Source of the DNA: Tubulanus polymorphus
Lineage: Eukaryota > Animalia > Nemertea
Assembly: GCF_964204645.1 (NCBI RefSeq)
Contig: NC_134026.1
Location: 14,914,150 to 14,978,149, forward strand
Length of the DNA: 64,000 nucleotides
Reading direction: 5' to 3'
The notes under the pieces are model-generated. The model was not told where the DNA came from. It worked only from the letters and a program-made list of their open reading frames with translations, and made no database searches. The position numbers and the translations under genes were made by a program. Below, piece after piece: positions 1-13,300 of the stretch. Position 1 is the stretch's first letter, and the number at the start of each line of letters is the position of its first letter.

Positions 1-1440
1 CTGAATTTTGTTAATAAATCATTTCTGAGTTTTGAAATGGCAGTCTCTTCTAGACAAATCTGGTTAATCTTTTCCTTTGTGTATTCAATCGCTATCATTG
101 AGAAATCAACTACTCCCCTTTGAAATACAGTAGACAGTTCAGTTAACGCAGGAAGAATCTCATTCAAAATGTACAGAACACCTAAAAATTTTATGTTTTA
201 CATTTTACATAGTAGGCCATTGGATGTTGCATCAGACTCTTTCAGCTGTCTCAGTGTTTGAATGACAACATCATATTGTTTCAATAGTGAGCTCACAGAC
301 TTATCAAATAACAACCAGCGGGTCTGGCAGGCCTTTTTCAATTTTTTTGTGATGACTTTCTCAGTCTTGTCACTAGACACCCTTAGAGACTGCAACTGGG
401 CTTGAACTATGATAAAGACTGCCGTTTTCTCAGGAGAATTTTCCAACATCTGTCATAACTGCCTTAGCCCGGTTTGTACATTTTCTATGTAATTTACTTC
501 ATTTAAAGTATCAAGGGCACTTAAGGCAATTCTGTGACAGACACAATGAACATGTATCATCTCTGGATTGGCGGCAGATTTCAGTCTTTGCCCTAAGCCA
601 GATCGTACCCCAAGCATTCTATTGGTACCATCTGTGGCTAGTGAAGAAAACTTTTGCCTTGAAAAATTACAATTTTCAAGCACATCCAAAACTACTCTAC
701 AAAGAGTTTCTGCACCTGCGCTTTCGGCAGTTTCAAAGATATCTTGAATACACAGAAAATAAGTATTGACAACCTCACCTGTTCCGCCAGGGAGTATACT
801 ATCTTTTTCATGGCTATAGACCTGGACAAATATTATCATCTGTTCTTTGACAGATATGTCCGTACATTCATCTAGCTTGAGACCATAGCAGTTTGATTTT
901 TGTATTCTGTTTCTCACCATTTCATCTATAATCTGAACAAGGACTAAAAACATTTCTCTAATGACACTTCTAGATCTGTACTGAAAATATCTTAAATCAC
1001 CAGCATCTCTGTATTTCAGAAAATACAATCATGGCCAAATTTTTTTATTAGAAATTTCTTGTTTCATAATCCAATACATAGCCCTGAAAGCATTTATAAG
1101 CATTGATTGTGATATGAATTGGAAGCAAGGAATACGCTGCATCATCTAGCTGGACTGCATTTTTGTGTTGTTTTGAGGATTGGTTATCATCTAAAGCAAC
1201 AAGTCTAAATCTAGTGCTCAGTTCAGTGTTAAACTTGGAACTTTTATTCTGTGCATTTGATTCAATATGTTTTTTACATAACAGACAATAAAATCCTTTC
1301 GTTTTCAATATATATAGGCCACCACAATGATGATTCTTCACAGTAACATGATTTTTTTTACAGACAACCAGCTGTGCTTAGCCTGGTACTTAAACACTTT
1401 CGTATGTTCAAGTTCGATGTGTGTCCATGATGTACAGTTT
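1..1440 (-). pseudogene. Degenerate hAT transposase (ZNF862-like), runs off the window start
   Basis: Fragmented minus ORFs 1048-1341, 453-1028 and 198-449 give CLLCKKH, LDECTD (first catalytic Asp), LATDG, HCVCHRIAL (hAT C2H motif) and TRW; stops and frameshifts between fragments. Confidence 0.85.
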
Positions 1441-2289
1441 GTTTGCGAGCATATCGCATGATGATGGACGGCTTTACTGTCTACATAACACTTTCCATTT
1501 CTGTAAACAGGTTCATCAGCAAAAATTTCACTGAGGAGTTTTTAACTGCCTGGACACATGGTTTCTCTAGAATACATAAGCATTTCTTTTATTAGTAATT
1601 CCCTGTTTCATAATCCAATTGTTATTATAGTAATTAAAGAAATGTTTTATAAGTTCTTACCATCTGATCGATTATTGACAACGGCATCAACTTGTTCCTT
1701 ACTACATGTACTGATCGTACCAGTAACTACTATAAAAATGGACAAAAACATATCTTTTAAATTCAGTTTGTTTTGAATACATTTGTATCCTGATGAATAT
1801 TTGTCTAAATTTCTTGAAATGGCCGAGGGCCTAATGAAAAGAATCACAAAAAAATTAATCAAAATATACCATCATCTGCGGGGATACTTTCGCGATCATC
1901 GAGCGGATTGTTGTTGTCGTCATTTGGTGGCAATTGTGTAGAATCTACGCTTACTGCTGATTCTGACTCGTTATTAGTACCTAAAAATATTATGTGAATT
2001 TTTTTTGTAAGAATCATTATTTAAAATATAGCTGCAAAGCAGCGATAACGGTTTTCTGCACATTCTCGTTCGTATTCTTGATCTGAATGTTGTGTCGACA
2101 ATCGCGTGTAAGCTGATGCAGCCGCAACATGCCATAAAAATCGAAGGGAAGTTAGAATCCTGTTCAACTGTCAAAACGGTTTTATAAAAGGACGGTTGAC
2201 AAACAGTCAATGAGGCCTACTTTGAAACCATTGATGACTGGACCAGATGGTTATTTGACTCTGAAAATGGACTGTTAGACCGCAATTAA

Positions 2290-2510
2290 TCTTTATGTAT
2301 TTCAAAAAAGCATTTGATAAGGTCCAACATCAGCGATTACTAAATAAGCTATTCGGAAACGGTATCAATGATGGGTCGCTTAAATGGCTCAGCATATTTC
2401 TCTGAACGAACCCAGGTGGCCGAATTCAACGAAACTGTCTCATCTTGGAATAAATCGGTCTAACTAGTGGAGTCACGCAATGTAGTATCCTCAGTCGTCT
2501 TCTCTTCGCT
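2290..2510 (+). pseudogene. CR1-type LINE reverse transcriptase fragment
   Basis: Translates with frameshifts as FQKAFDKVQHQRLLNKL...NGI...W...ERTQ...VTSGVTQCSILSRLLF, matching the RT KAFDKV.H and SGVPQGSILGPLLF motifs. Confidence 0.75.
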
Positions 2511-2719
2511 CTCCTGATAGATGATATACAGAGTAATTCAAAATGTACCGGACAGAGTATATTTCCTAAACGACCTAATTTAAAATGTACCCGACAGAGT
2601 ATATTTCCAAAACGACCTAAACAAGCTGTGTTCCGTTCATGGTCAGAAACATGGAAGATGGGCTTCAACCAGAAAGGGATAATATGGATATTGGATACAA
2701 AGTAAACCCAGGTTCAGAT

Positions 2720-3400
2720 TATACCTTTGTATTCGAATGAGAAGATTATTTTGTTCGAATAAAGATTACTCATTGTAATGAAAAGACTATTTAGTTCCAC
2801 CAGAATTTTGCTCTTTGGAACGAAAAACGCTTCGATCGAACAATATATCTTTTCGAATAAAAAACTTAATGTTCCGATAAGAAAATCTTGTGTGAATGAA
2901 AATGATTCGGTTTGATTGAACAATACGCTTTTTGTTTGAACCAAAACCTTTCTTCATTCTGACAAAAGAATGTGTTCGAATAAAAAGCTATGTTATTGTT
3001 GAAATGAAAAACATTTTGTCCCGGCAAAAAAATTTGGTTGAGCGAAAACAATTTTTTTCGAACGAATGTTTGAATGAAAACAATTCTGTTCGATTGAACG
3101 AAATACTTAATACTTTTGATTCGGAGAAAAAACTTTCTACAATATACTTGTTTGAACGAAAAACTTAATGTTCTGACAAGAAAATTCTGTTCAAATTAAA
3201 ACGATTCTGTTCGATCGAACGATCGTTCGAACCAAAGTACCTTTTGTTTGGACAAAAAACGTTTGTGTAACTTTGTTCTAACGATTTTCCAAATTGGTTC
3301 TATCGAACCGAATATTATTGGTTCGAACGAAAAAATTTTTGTTTCGACAGAAGAATTTTCAAGCGAAAGGTCTTTTGAACGAAAAAAGGATATTTCTGGG
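2720..3400. repeat. TTCGAA/GAACGAA-rich degenerate interspersed repeat; second copy at about 19380-19900
   Basis: Dense recurring ttcgaa, gttcga and cgaaaa motifs; colinear similar sequence at 19.4-19.9 kb. Confidence 0.6.
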
Positions 3401-3417
3401 GCTCCGCGGTAACTTAA

Positions 3418-3729
3418 AGCTGGACGCAGGTCGGCCTGGCGATGCGATCCTTGCGTTGCATCGCAAGTTTTGGTGCGATATGATTGTCAGCGACTGTGTG
3501 CGACTAGTTTCTGCCAGTTGCAAGAGCGCGTAGGTCGGTTGTGACAGTCGTGTCGCGTCACAAAAAGTAGAACACGTGCGACTCCTTGTAACTGGGGTTG
3601 CTGACAGTCGCAACCCGTCGCATGGGAGCATAGGTCGATGAGTCGTTGCGACACAATCGTCGCTGGCGGTCGCACTAAATGGCGTGGCAGTGAGTTACAA
3701 GCCTTCGCAAGGCCGACCTACGCCCGGCT
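3418..3729. mobile_element. Harbinger/Tourist-type MITE
   Basis: TIR AGCTGGACGCAGGTCGGCC ... GGCCGACCTACGCCCGGCT, flanked by TAA on both sides (3415-3417, 3730-3732). Confidence 0.8.
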
Positions 3730-4507
3730 TAAGTCATAGGAATTAATGAAATACCAGTTTCATTTATGATGAAAAAACTCAAATGAAAAGTCTGGCTTAT
3801 AAAGCTGTCTGCTCAGACAAAATTTTCAAAAAAATCTTCATTTTTGGCAATAAAATTGATAATTGTGATTGATCGTTGCACGTCACAACCAGTTAATCAC
3901 TAATGAACATGCATTTTAATAAATCTGATTCCTCCTTTACAGTGAATTTAGCTTTAACCTAGTAGAGGCTACTAGCCTATGTAGGCCTATGTATATGCGT
4001 AGGCCTAACATCCGGACAGATTGGTCGTAGGCGGTTAATTTGGTAAAGAAAAATAGGTATTGTTAAACTAACTACATGAAGCCCGCGGCCAAATCACTGG
4101 TAGTAATAAATTAATTTGTACTCTATTCGATTATAATGCTGAGGTGAAACTCGCAGCTTATCCCCGGAACGACGATGTAGTGACACAAGTCGATTCGTCG
4201 ATGTTTACGGCTCGACAGTGCTTTAAAAATCTAAAGTAGTAAATTTCCTGTGTATCAGTAATATGATTTGATGAGGAAAAGGGCTATTGTTAAAATTAGT
4301 TTTTAAAAACCGCGACTGAATGTGCAATCTTTGGGTAATAAATTTGTTAATTTATGTTTGAATTGATAATCGACGTGACAAGAAACGTGCGGTAGATTTC
4401 GGAAAGACGATTTCGAAAAACATGTTGGCTCTTTGAATGGTGCTAAATTTTCGATGTTTACAGCCCGACTGCTTTTATAACGATGATTCGTGAAAAAACA
4501 CGCTGAG

Positions 4508-5025
4508 CATTTCTATATTATATTCGTACCTATGCATATTTTGTGACCACAATCAATTGGAAAGTTGTAGCTCATGACATCATCTATGATTGTTGCGAGT
4601 TTTAAGGACATTAGTTATTCTATATGGTCACCAGGAGCCGATAAATAGTAGAATAACTTAATATTTCCTTATTATATTGGTACCTAGGCATATTTTGTTA
4701 CCATGATCTATTGCAAAATTGTTGTTCACGACATGTTCTATGATTGTGGTAAGTTTCGAGGTCATTGGGTTTTGAATATGGTCACCAGGGGGCGTTAAAT
4801 AGTAAATAACTTAGTATTTCCATATTAAATTGGTAACGAGGCATATTTTGTTATCACAATCAATTACAAAATTGTAGCTGCTGACATGTTCTATGATTGT
4901 GGTGAGTTTCAAGGTCATTGGTTTTTGTATATGGTCACCAGGGGGCGTTGAATATTGAAATTGTTAGATTGTTGTGCATTTGGAACCACTTCCCAAGTGG
5001 GCATGGTGTCCCTGGACCCCTAGTT
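4508..5025 (+). mobile_element. 5'-truncated HINE-like element with about 3 units of the ~153-bp core repeat
   Basis: Units marked by atggtcaccagg at about 4624, 4777 and 4931; 3' end ttcccaagtgggcatggtgtccctggacccctagtt shared with the 6928-8811 element. Confidence 0.7.
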
Positions 5026-6927
5026 ATTTCTATCTTTTCTAAAGAAAGGGTCGGAAAAATATGAAGAATCTTATTTTGAGTGGCCTTTTATTTATTCAAT
5101 AATCCAGTCTATAGCTTATTGTTATATCAACCAGGGATGAAAATCTTGCGTGGAAACGTGGAAATCCGCCGTTGGATATCTATTTTATCATTCTTGTGAT
5201 TGCGTTGAGAAAATGGGTGGGGGGTACCTGCTAGTGGTAATAGTTTTGAGGAATAGTTGTGAGTTGAGATCATGGCACACTTAATTAACAGACTGTAAAA
5301 GCATCTTATAAAACCACAACCTTGCGAAACATTGTTTAAAGCCACCTGTCAGCGCGAGTTTCAACAAATCAATAATTGTATATAATAGTGCTGCGCGGAA
5401 AATTTATATTTAGAATTTAAGGTTGCCTTCATTCAACACGGAATATATATGATCAATAGAATTAGTCATTGTTTCAATCAACGCACTTTGAGGGAATTAC
5501 CGCTATAATAATATCCAAAATTTGCAACTGCGGATTCGAACCTAACTGCGTTCACTATATGTATCTAAGATTTGGATATTGGCAGCAATCTTATTTTGTC
5601 ATTAGTCAATGCTGAAAAATGGGCCTCAGATGCGCAAAAAACCCCTTGAAATTTCAAAATTTTCTCGGAGGAGGGCCCCCAAATCCCGTGCTCCCAAATC
5701 CCGTGCTCAAGATCACTCTTAGTGATCGGAGAATGCTTTTCATTTAAAAGAAATTTTCTTACCCCTCTCACTTCTGCACCCTGAGCCATGCCCCTTGCAA
5801 TTTTCTTTTATGCCTTGTTGATTCATTTCTAGGTGATGTTCTGATACCAATGGATGCCGGAATCGTTGATAATTATCGAGTTAAAAAGCAGCTCCTTCAC
5901 TCCTGGTAAGCATGTTTTTTTTCGTGAATACAAAGTGTTCTTTTTGAGTACAATTGTAGATGTTGAACGGTTGCCATTTGAAAATTTTTTGGTCATTGGG
6001 CACTTAGTCTTAGCCGGCTATAGCATTCACTTTTCATCCATTGTCCTTCAGTTGTCGGAATCCAGTGGCTCTGGGATGTTTTGAAAAAAACGCTTAAACC
6101 TTTTCATACCAGCCTGTACATAAACAATCAGGGTTCCTAGCGGGTCTTCATAGCCAGTATTTGTTTTTGCTTCATATGAAATAAACAATAAGTCAGTATA
6201 TGTTTGTATTATTTTGATATTTTGTGGATGGATGGATTCTGGATTTGTCAATCTAATATCGCGTCGCGAATACATATGTATATAAGGGCGTCAGCAGTCA
6301 GCTGTGTGTGTGTGAAAATAGGTTACAGTTTATGTCTCTGTGTGATAGTAATCACCTGAGCGAGTCTACAAATAGCACAGTGACTCGGCGATGATACACA
6401 GCTCTCACACATTGGCACGATATTGTCAGCCTCATACATCATCAATTAAGACAAACTAATTGTCAAATCAGTGAATGAAAATCTCCTGATGAAGGGCCTC
6501 GCCTTATACGGCGAAGCTTTATGAAATCATTGTATTTTAGGCTAAACAACTGCCCTCGGCTTATTGGCGGCGTCAGCTTAATCGACAGAAAATGTGGGTA
6601 GTTATGTTGAGAAATCATTGTCATGAACTTTATATGGGACTCGAGTTTCGGCATGACAGTTCTTGATGGTTTGCGCATTTGATTGGCACCTTACAAAGGT
6701 GATGATAAGTCTTGATTTTAACCAAGTTTTGACAACTATGAATCCTGACTATGGTTACTATCGATTCTGGCTGTACTTCAAGACAGGACTTTACAGGCAG
6801 GGGAAAAGTAAAAAACCCAATCAATGTGAAAGATGGTAGTACCTATGAAGCCATAGTGCAGTCAAGAGCTCCAATTGTTGAAACTAGAATTTCCATATTT
6901 TTGTTGTTAGTAAACCTACTTTCAATG

Positions 6928-8811
6928 TTTTAGCCCACTTGGGACTTAAGTCCCAGGGGGCTATTGCGTTCACTTTTCATCCGGAGGCGTTGAATAGTAC
7001 AATAACTTAGTATTTCTATATTACATTTGTACCTATGCATATTTTGTTACCACAATCAATTGCAAAGTTGTAGCTCATGACATCTTCAGAGATGAGAATT
7101 CCCCGCGGATTTCGGTATTGAAAAGATATCAATTTTCCAAATAGTCCAAAAGTGATGTAAAAGTATGGGGTGAGGATCTCACTCAATTGGTCCGGCGCGA
7201 TCGGTAATCAGGTGAACCGTGAAAGTGTTCACTGCCTGTTTTACTTATCGTCGCGTAAAAGTATCGCATTTCAATGCATATTATTCATTGCAACACAGTG
7301 ATTTTGTATCTACATTTGTACTACGATGAGTGTGTATGTATTTTATCGATCATACTGTTGCCGCGTGTGTGTGGCGAACGCCTTCAGATATTATACACTA
7401 CTGGATTTTTTAGTGAGCATTCATCGGCGCATTTTTACTGCAATAATTCAGGGCTCGACCTGTAATGCATGAGATGCTGCATGTCATCGAATGAGGATGT
7501 ACCACATTGGAACTAGCCATTACCTTCCAAAATATAATAGTCGTTCATGGGTTGAAGATTGCTCTTAGTGCTCGGAAAACGCTTTTAATTTCTAAAATTT
7601 TCTTGGGGGAGGACGCCCAAACTCCCCCAAGTAGCTGCGCGCCTTCGGCGGTCGCGAGTGCTAACGGCTACGCCGTCAGCTGGTTCGCGTGTGTAACTCA
7701 ACAAAGAAAAAACGCGGATTTTATATGTCGGCGTTCTCATCTCCGCATCTTCCATGATTTTGGTGATTTTTAAGGACATTAGTTATTCTATATGGTCACC
7801 AGGGGGCGTTTAATAGTAGAATAACTTAGTATTTCCTTATTAGATTGGTACCTAGCCATATTTTGTTACCATGATCAATTCAAAGTTGTAGTTCACAACA
7901 TTGTCTATGATTGTGGTGAGTATTTAAGGACATTATTTTTTCCATATAGTCACCAGGGGGCGTTGAATAGTAGAATAGCTTAGTATTTCCTTATTAGATT
8001 GGTACCTAGACATATTTTGTTACCATGATCAATTGCAAAGTTGTAGCTCAGGACATCTTCCATGATTTTGGTGAATTTTAAGGACATTAGTTATTCTATA
8101 TGGTCACCAAGGGGCGTTGAATAGTACAATAACTCAGTATTTCCTTATTAGATTGGTACCTAGGCATATTTTGTTACCATGATCAATTGCAAAGTTGTAG
8201 TTCATGACATCATCTATGATTGTGGTGAGTTTTTTAAAGACATAAGTTATTGCATATTGTCACCAGGGGGCCTTGAATAGTAGAATAGCTTAGTATTTCC
8301 TTATTAGATTGGTACCTAGGCATATATTGTTACCATGATCAATTGCAAAGTTGTAGCTCATGACATGTACTACGATTGTGGTGAGTTTTAAGGTCATTGG
8401 GTTTTGCATATGGTCACCAGGGGGCGATGAATAGTAGAATAACTTAGTATTTCCTTATTAGATTGGTACCTAGGCATATTTTGTTACCATGATCAATTGC
8501 AAAGTTGTATTTCATGACATGTACTATGATTGTGGTGAGTTTTAAGGTCATTGGGTTTTGCATATGGTCACCAGGGGGTGTTGAATAGTAGAATAACTTA
8601 GTATTCCCATATTAAATTGGTAATGAGGCAAATTTTGTTATCACAATCAATTACAAAATCATAGCTGCCGATATGTTCTATGATTGTGGTGGGTTTCAAG
8701 GTCATTGGTCTTTGTAAATGGTCACTAGGGGGCGCTATGTATTGAAATTGTTAGATTGTTGAGCATTTGAAACCACTTCCCAGTGGGCATGGTGTCCCTG
8801 GACCCCGAGTT
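6928..8811 (+). mobile_element. Helentron-associated (HINE/pearl-like) non-autonomous element with a ~154-bp tandem satellite core
   Basis: Starts TTTTAGCCCACTTGGGA with a nearby inverted repeat; subterminal complement tccca(a)gtgggc near the 3' end, followed by a short hairpin; about 7-8 core units; inserted in a T run with no TSD. Confidence 0.75.
7087..7745. mobile_element. hAT-like MITE with 6-bp TSD, inserted in the satellite core
   Basis: TIR CAGAGATGAGAA ... TTCTCATCTCCG; CATCTT duplicated at 7081-7086 and 7746-7751; removing it restores a normal repeat unit. Confidence 0.8.
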
Positions 8812-9259
8812 ATGGAAGAGTTTACTGTGCTTTTGTCAGACTTATTAACTAGACCTTGGATTATTATTAGTGGTCGGTGATTTTAATTTTCATTTTGATG
8901 TTATAGACGAAATCGAAACTGTCAAATTCCTAGACATTTTACAATCGATGAATCTAGTTCAACATATAACTGAACGCACTCATGATAAAGGTCACATTTT
9001 AGATTTAGTGATAACTCGATCGTCTGATAATTTTCTTAGTGATTACCGAATAAACCGTCTTCTACCATCGGATCATGCCGAAATTATAACCTATTTGAGA
9101 ATTGCTAAACCTTCAATAACCAAATAAACTATTAAATACTGACCTATAGCTAAGTTGGACTTGGAACAGTTCTCAACTAGGTTGCAATCCTTATCAGACA
9201 ATACTGGACCCGTATCTGCAGATAGTCTTTGGTCATCATTTTACTCTGTAGGTCAGGAA
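8812..9259 (+). pseudogene. CR1/L2 LINE ORF2 AP-endonuclease fragment (5' part, interrupted by Academ)
   Basis: GDFNFH, NLVQHI..RTHDKGHILDLVIT and SDH motifs; frame continues after the Academ at 16355. Confidence 0.85.
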
Positions 9260-9559
9260 TAGTCTAGCTCCCACACAGAATAATACTGCACATTATGAGG
9301 ATTTTATGAAATTATCAGGGTTTGATGGTTACATATATGGCTTCAATCTCAGAAGGGGTGCCCACTCATCCGGGCCCTATTTTAAAGATGGCCACCATTT
9401 CTAAAAATGGCTGCCATTTGTCCAAGTGCATATGCTAAAATACGGTATAAATTACCGATTTCAGTCATCTTAGTGTCTATTTATATGTTTTTGACAACAT
9501 TAAAATCAAATATTGGGTTTACAGACTCGAAAAATCAGCACAAAAACCTGTAGCAGCCA

Positions 9560-10150
9560 TTTTTAGCCCACTTGCTCAACGGGCTATTGCGTTAACTTTT
9601 CGTCCGTCCGCTGTCCACAGACGGAATTCAGTTATTTTGGGAAGTTTTGAAGACGTTTCAATGGATTGTCTTGATATTTGGGTTACACATGTATCTACCC
9701 TAGACACATCTTCAGCTCAAAAACTGGCCAGGTCAGAATCAAGATGGTCAACTGGCGGCCATTTTTGTTCGCCGAAATCAGCACTTTATACACATTTCTG
9801 AAGTTTCAAGGGAAATTTTGAAGACGCTTCAATCAGTTATGTGGATCTTTCATATTTGTTTGTATGCCACCATGGCCCGGTTAGTACAAAAAAAATTGGG
9901 TCGATCTTTTTGTGCCCAAAAAGGTAATTTTTGCCCAAAATTCCGATACATAACTGTAGCTACCATTTCTTTTTGAAATTCGCGATGGGTGTACTTAAAA
10001 TTGTAACCACAACCAATTGCAAAGTTGTAGCTGATGACATGTTCTATGATTGTGGAGAATGTCACGGTCACTGGTTTATGTTTGCCAGGGGGTGTTGAAT
10101 ATTGAAATTGTCAGATTGTTGAGCATTTTGGTGTCCCTGTGAACCCAGTT
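9560..10150 (+). mobile_element. HINE-like element inserted into the left Academ TIR
   Basis: Starts ttttagcccactt...gggctattgcg, cgtccgtcc microsatellite, one core-like unit, ends ggtgtccctgtgaacccagtt; TIR match to the right end resumes at about 10152. Confidence 0.75.
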
Positions 10151-10338
10151 CATTTTTTGAAGAAATAATAACTATCTGATTTTCACAATCTCAATTTATA
10201 TGTATTTAAATATAACGAAACAGATTCTGAGGTAAGAAATTTGAAAAGTTCGATATTTCAATCAGTAGCGACCTTCATTGTGGTCATCATTGGTGTTCTG
10301 TCGCAGATAATCATTAGCAGCATCCTACAACTTACGTA

Positions 10339-13300
10339 TTACTCACATTCACCCTGACAGTGGCAAAGAAGAGTACATTTGAGTTGACTTTTTCTGCAGG
10401 AGCAAGCCCTTGCACATCCCTTTATGCATCTGCACCTTACCGACTCTTGACAGGATTTGTAAATTTCATCCAAAGTGGACCATCTGGGCTCCCAGTGGCA
10501 ATCAGTTGTTTTCTGCCATCCCCATGCAATTGGACTTGGGTATGTTGGTTCAGCTTCGTGGGCCTGCCCCCAAATATGGCCACTTTGGTAAGCTGCACGT
10601 AGCGTATGTTGCCTTAATGCTTCATTTGTTGGTGGCAAATTTTCAAGTAATTTGTTCCGAATGGTAAACTGTTCTTTTCTAAGCATATTTACATCTTTGT
10701 GATCAGTGGTAGATGAATACATTAAGCACGTGGAGCTTTCTAAGTTGCTAAATACCTCATCAGGTAATGAAGGTAATGGAGTAGATAAACTGATAAATGC
10801 TGAGGTAACTGGTGGGAATGCCTTCCAAGTCTGCCAGGCTGTTTTCTTCCCTCTGCCAACAAATGCAGACACGGTGTCACACCCAGAATACACGTGGAAG
10901 CCAGGAAGAGCTAAGCACTTTTCAGCACCTATGTCATCAGCAATTCTATGTATGGGAATATTTCTATAGTTCTTCCCTGTCCCAAATAACAACCACAGTT
11001 CTCGTAGGCCTTTGGTATATAACATGTTGAAGCTGGCTATAGCAAGTACTACCACGTCTGTATCTACTGTATGGATGCCTATCTTAGTCACTCCAATTTT
11101 CACCATATCTTTTAGATGTACGAACATCCTGGTATCTGCCTCCTCGTGTTTGATGATATGAGGGAGGGTTGATGCACAGACTGACTGTTGTACACTGTTG
11201 TGGACATTGGATACAACTGCTACCATACTGCCCATCCTTTCAACGACCAAGGATGCAAGTAAATCAAATAATTGTTCTTTGTTTTCTGAATTCCTCAGGA
11301 AATCCTTCCAACTTCTAGGTAGTGCACCTGACAACCGAACAACCATCTTAAGGCCAGCACCTTGAGTCTGTCGCGTTTGCTCTTTCAAACTATCTTCTGC
11401 GTATGTATCCCAAACTACATCTAGACGGGTAGCGTTAACTGCTTTTACTTGTTTTGTAAGATGGGGACCAAACATTTTGGAATAATACTGATCAAATGTA
11501 TTCAGTTCCTTCCCTGGTTGCAAGATGTTTACAAGTGCTGCTCCATCAATGATCAAGCCCTCACATATGACATGGGGCATGCTAAGTTTCCAGCATCATC
11601 TGGCAGCGTTCTAAGCACTGTGAGTAGGTCAGCCTTATGTCCAAGATAGAGGTCACCATTTAAAGACGGGGCAGGAGGAAATGGTTGATTTTCATAATGA
11701 AAGAATGTATCTAAGTCTAGCTGACGGTTCCGGCTGACAATAAACAATCTTGTGAATAAATCTACATCCAATTTTAGGATACGAACATAACCATCAGCCT
11801 TTTTACGGTGCTTTTTCTTGTTTACAAAAAGTGGTAGATTTGCTCTTGTAATTGCTGCATCCATTGGAACTGATCGTTTTACAAATCTTTCTTTTCGAAA
11901 CTGGTTGTATATTTCCAGGCCACTTTGAGTATTCTTTCCATAATGTCAGCTTGAACAACAACTTTTGAATCTAAGACAAACAGCTCTGAACTGTCATCAC
12001 AGAATGGACTACCAAATTCGACAAATGAATTGCGGACTGCTAGGACTCTCTTCATAAAGTTGCTTTCAAAAGATTGATACTGCTCATGCTGTTTGAAATC
12101 TTCGGGAGCAACTTTTTTGTTCAGATCAACTTCAAATTCGGTGATGAGTTCACTCAGTAATGGGCCAACTATATTCCATCGACGTAAGGCATTGTCATCC
12201 TCAGTAAGACCTACAGCACCACCATCACCTTTGACAACTGCGTTGTTTTGCTCATGGGCTTGATCAATTCCAATAGCCGAAAATGGTCTTTTAGTTTTAC
12301 AGATAGCAAAATCGCCGCTGATGAATCTTCTATAGAGGGTAGGTGCAGTTGTATCAAGTTCTAATAGGTCTTTCACATGTACTGAAAGCCAACGCGAGTA
12401 GTTAGGGTGATCCATAACGAAAAACCATGGTAGCATCTTTTTCAGTGAAGTGACATACAATCCAAATTTCCGTTGACGAATCGAGCGGACAAATGTGAGC
12501 AAAAGCTTTAGGAGACAAAGTGTTATAAACCAGTACTTAAACTGTGGATGCTGTTCAGCTTCTTCTGAACACCGATCTTCAAATTCAAGTTGATCGCCAT
12601 GTTTTTCGAACGCTTCTTGCAGGAGGATACCAAGAGAAGCTGCTGTTACTTGAAGCAGATAAGCGGTTTTCTTGATGTTGGAAACTTTAATGCAGGCATC
12701 AATTTTGCTCTCTGTATAATACCAGTCTGTGCCAACACACCTTTCCATCCACTGTGTTTAAGCCATTGTCCAATAACTCGCATGAATGCCTGTTCAATAT
12801 GTAACGAACCTAATACCAAGACGAACGAGATTCACCATATTTCTCAGGCCAAGTCCACTGTATTAGTTTGGCTTTTGCAAACAGTGGTTGTTCCATTGCG
12901 ATCACTGGTACCTGGGATCCATTGACATTACTAACTGCACATCTAATCCGATCCATACCATGAGTGATCATCGAAATTGAAGATGAACCTTCCTTAAACA
13001 GTGGCATAAGGCATGATATGGTCCTTACAATGAGTGGCGCCACTGTATTTGTTGCATGGTACGATGCCCACGATACGTCAATACTAGGTGAAGCATCGTC
13101 ACTTGGTAGTTTACTGGTGCAGTTAACATATTTGAGCCAATCAGTCTCCTTCATAATTTCGTCAGCCATTTCGTTGTCATCTGGTATCATTTGCTTTTAA
13201 ACATCTTCTGTGGTGGCCACTGGTAACCGGAAGATAAACAGGCCGAATAACAGTGAATGAATCGGGAATTACAGCCACATTGCATGATTTTCTCCGAAAT

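Noticed and set aside
2714-3675. Short ORFs on both strands (also 19328-20206)
   Set aside because: They fall in non-coding repeats and MITEs, have no motifs, and frames are not conserved between the duplicates
6484-6530. CTGATGA...stem...GAAA hammerhead-like motif
   Set aside because: Extra bases between the stem and GAAA, no convincing stems I/III and no Penelope context
7750-8740. Regular repeats resembling a CRISPR array
   Set aside because: Whole ~154-bp units repeat with no unique spacers; eukaryotic satellite inside a HINE-like element, no cas genes
10360-13200. Plus-strand ORFs overlapping the Academ gene
   Set aside because: Antisense shadows of the minus-strand coding sequence
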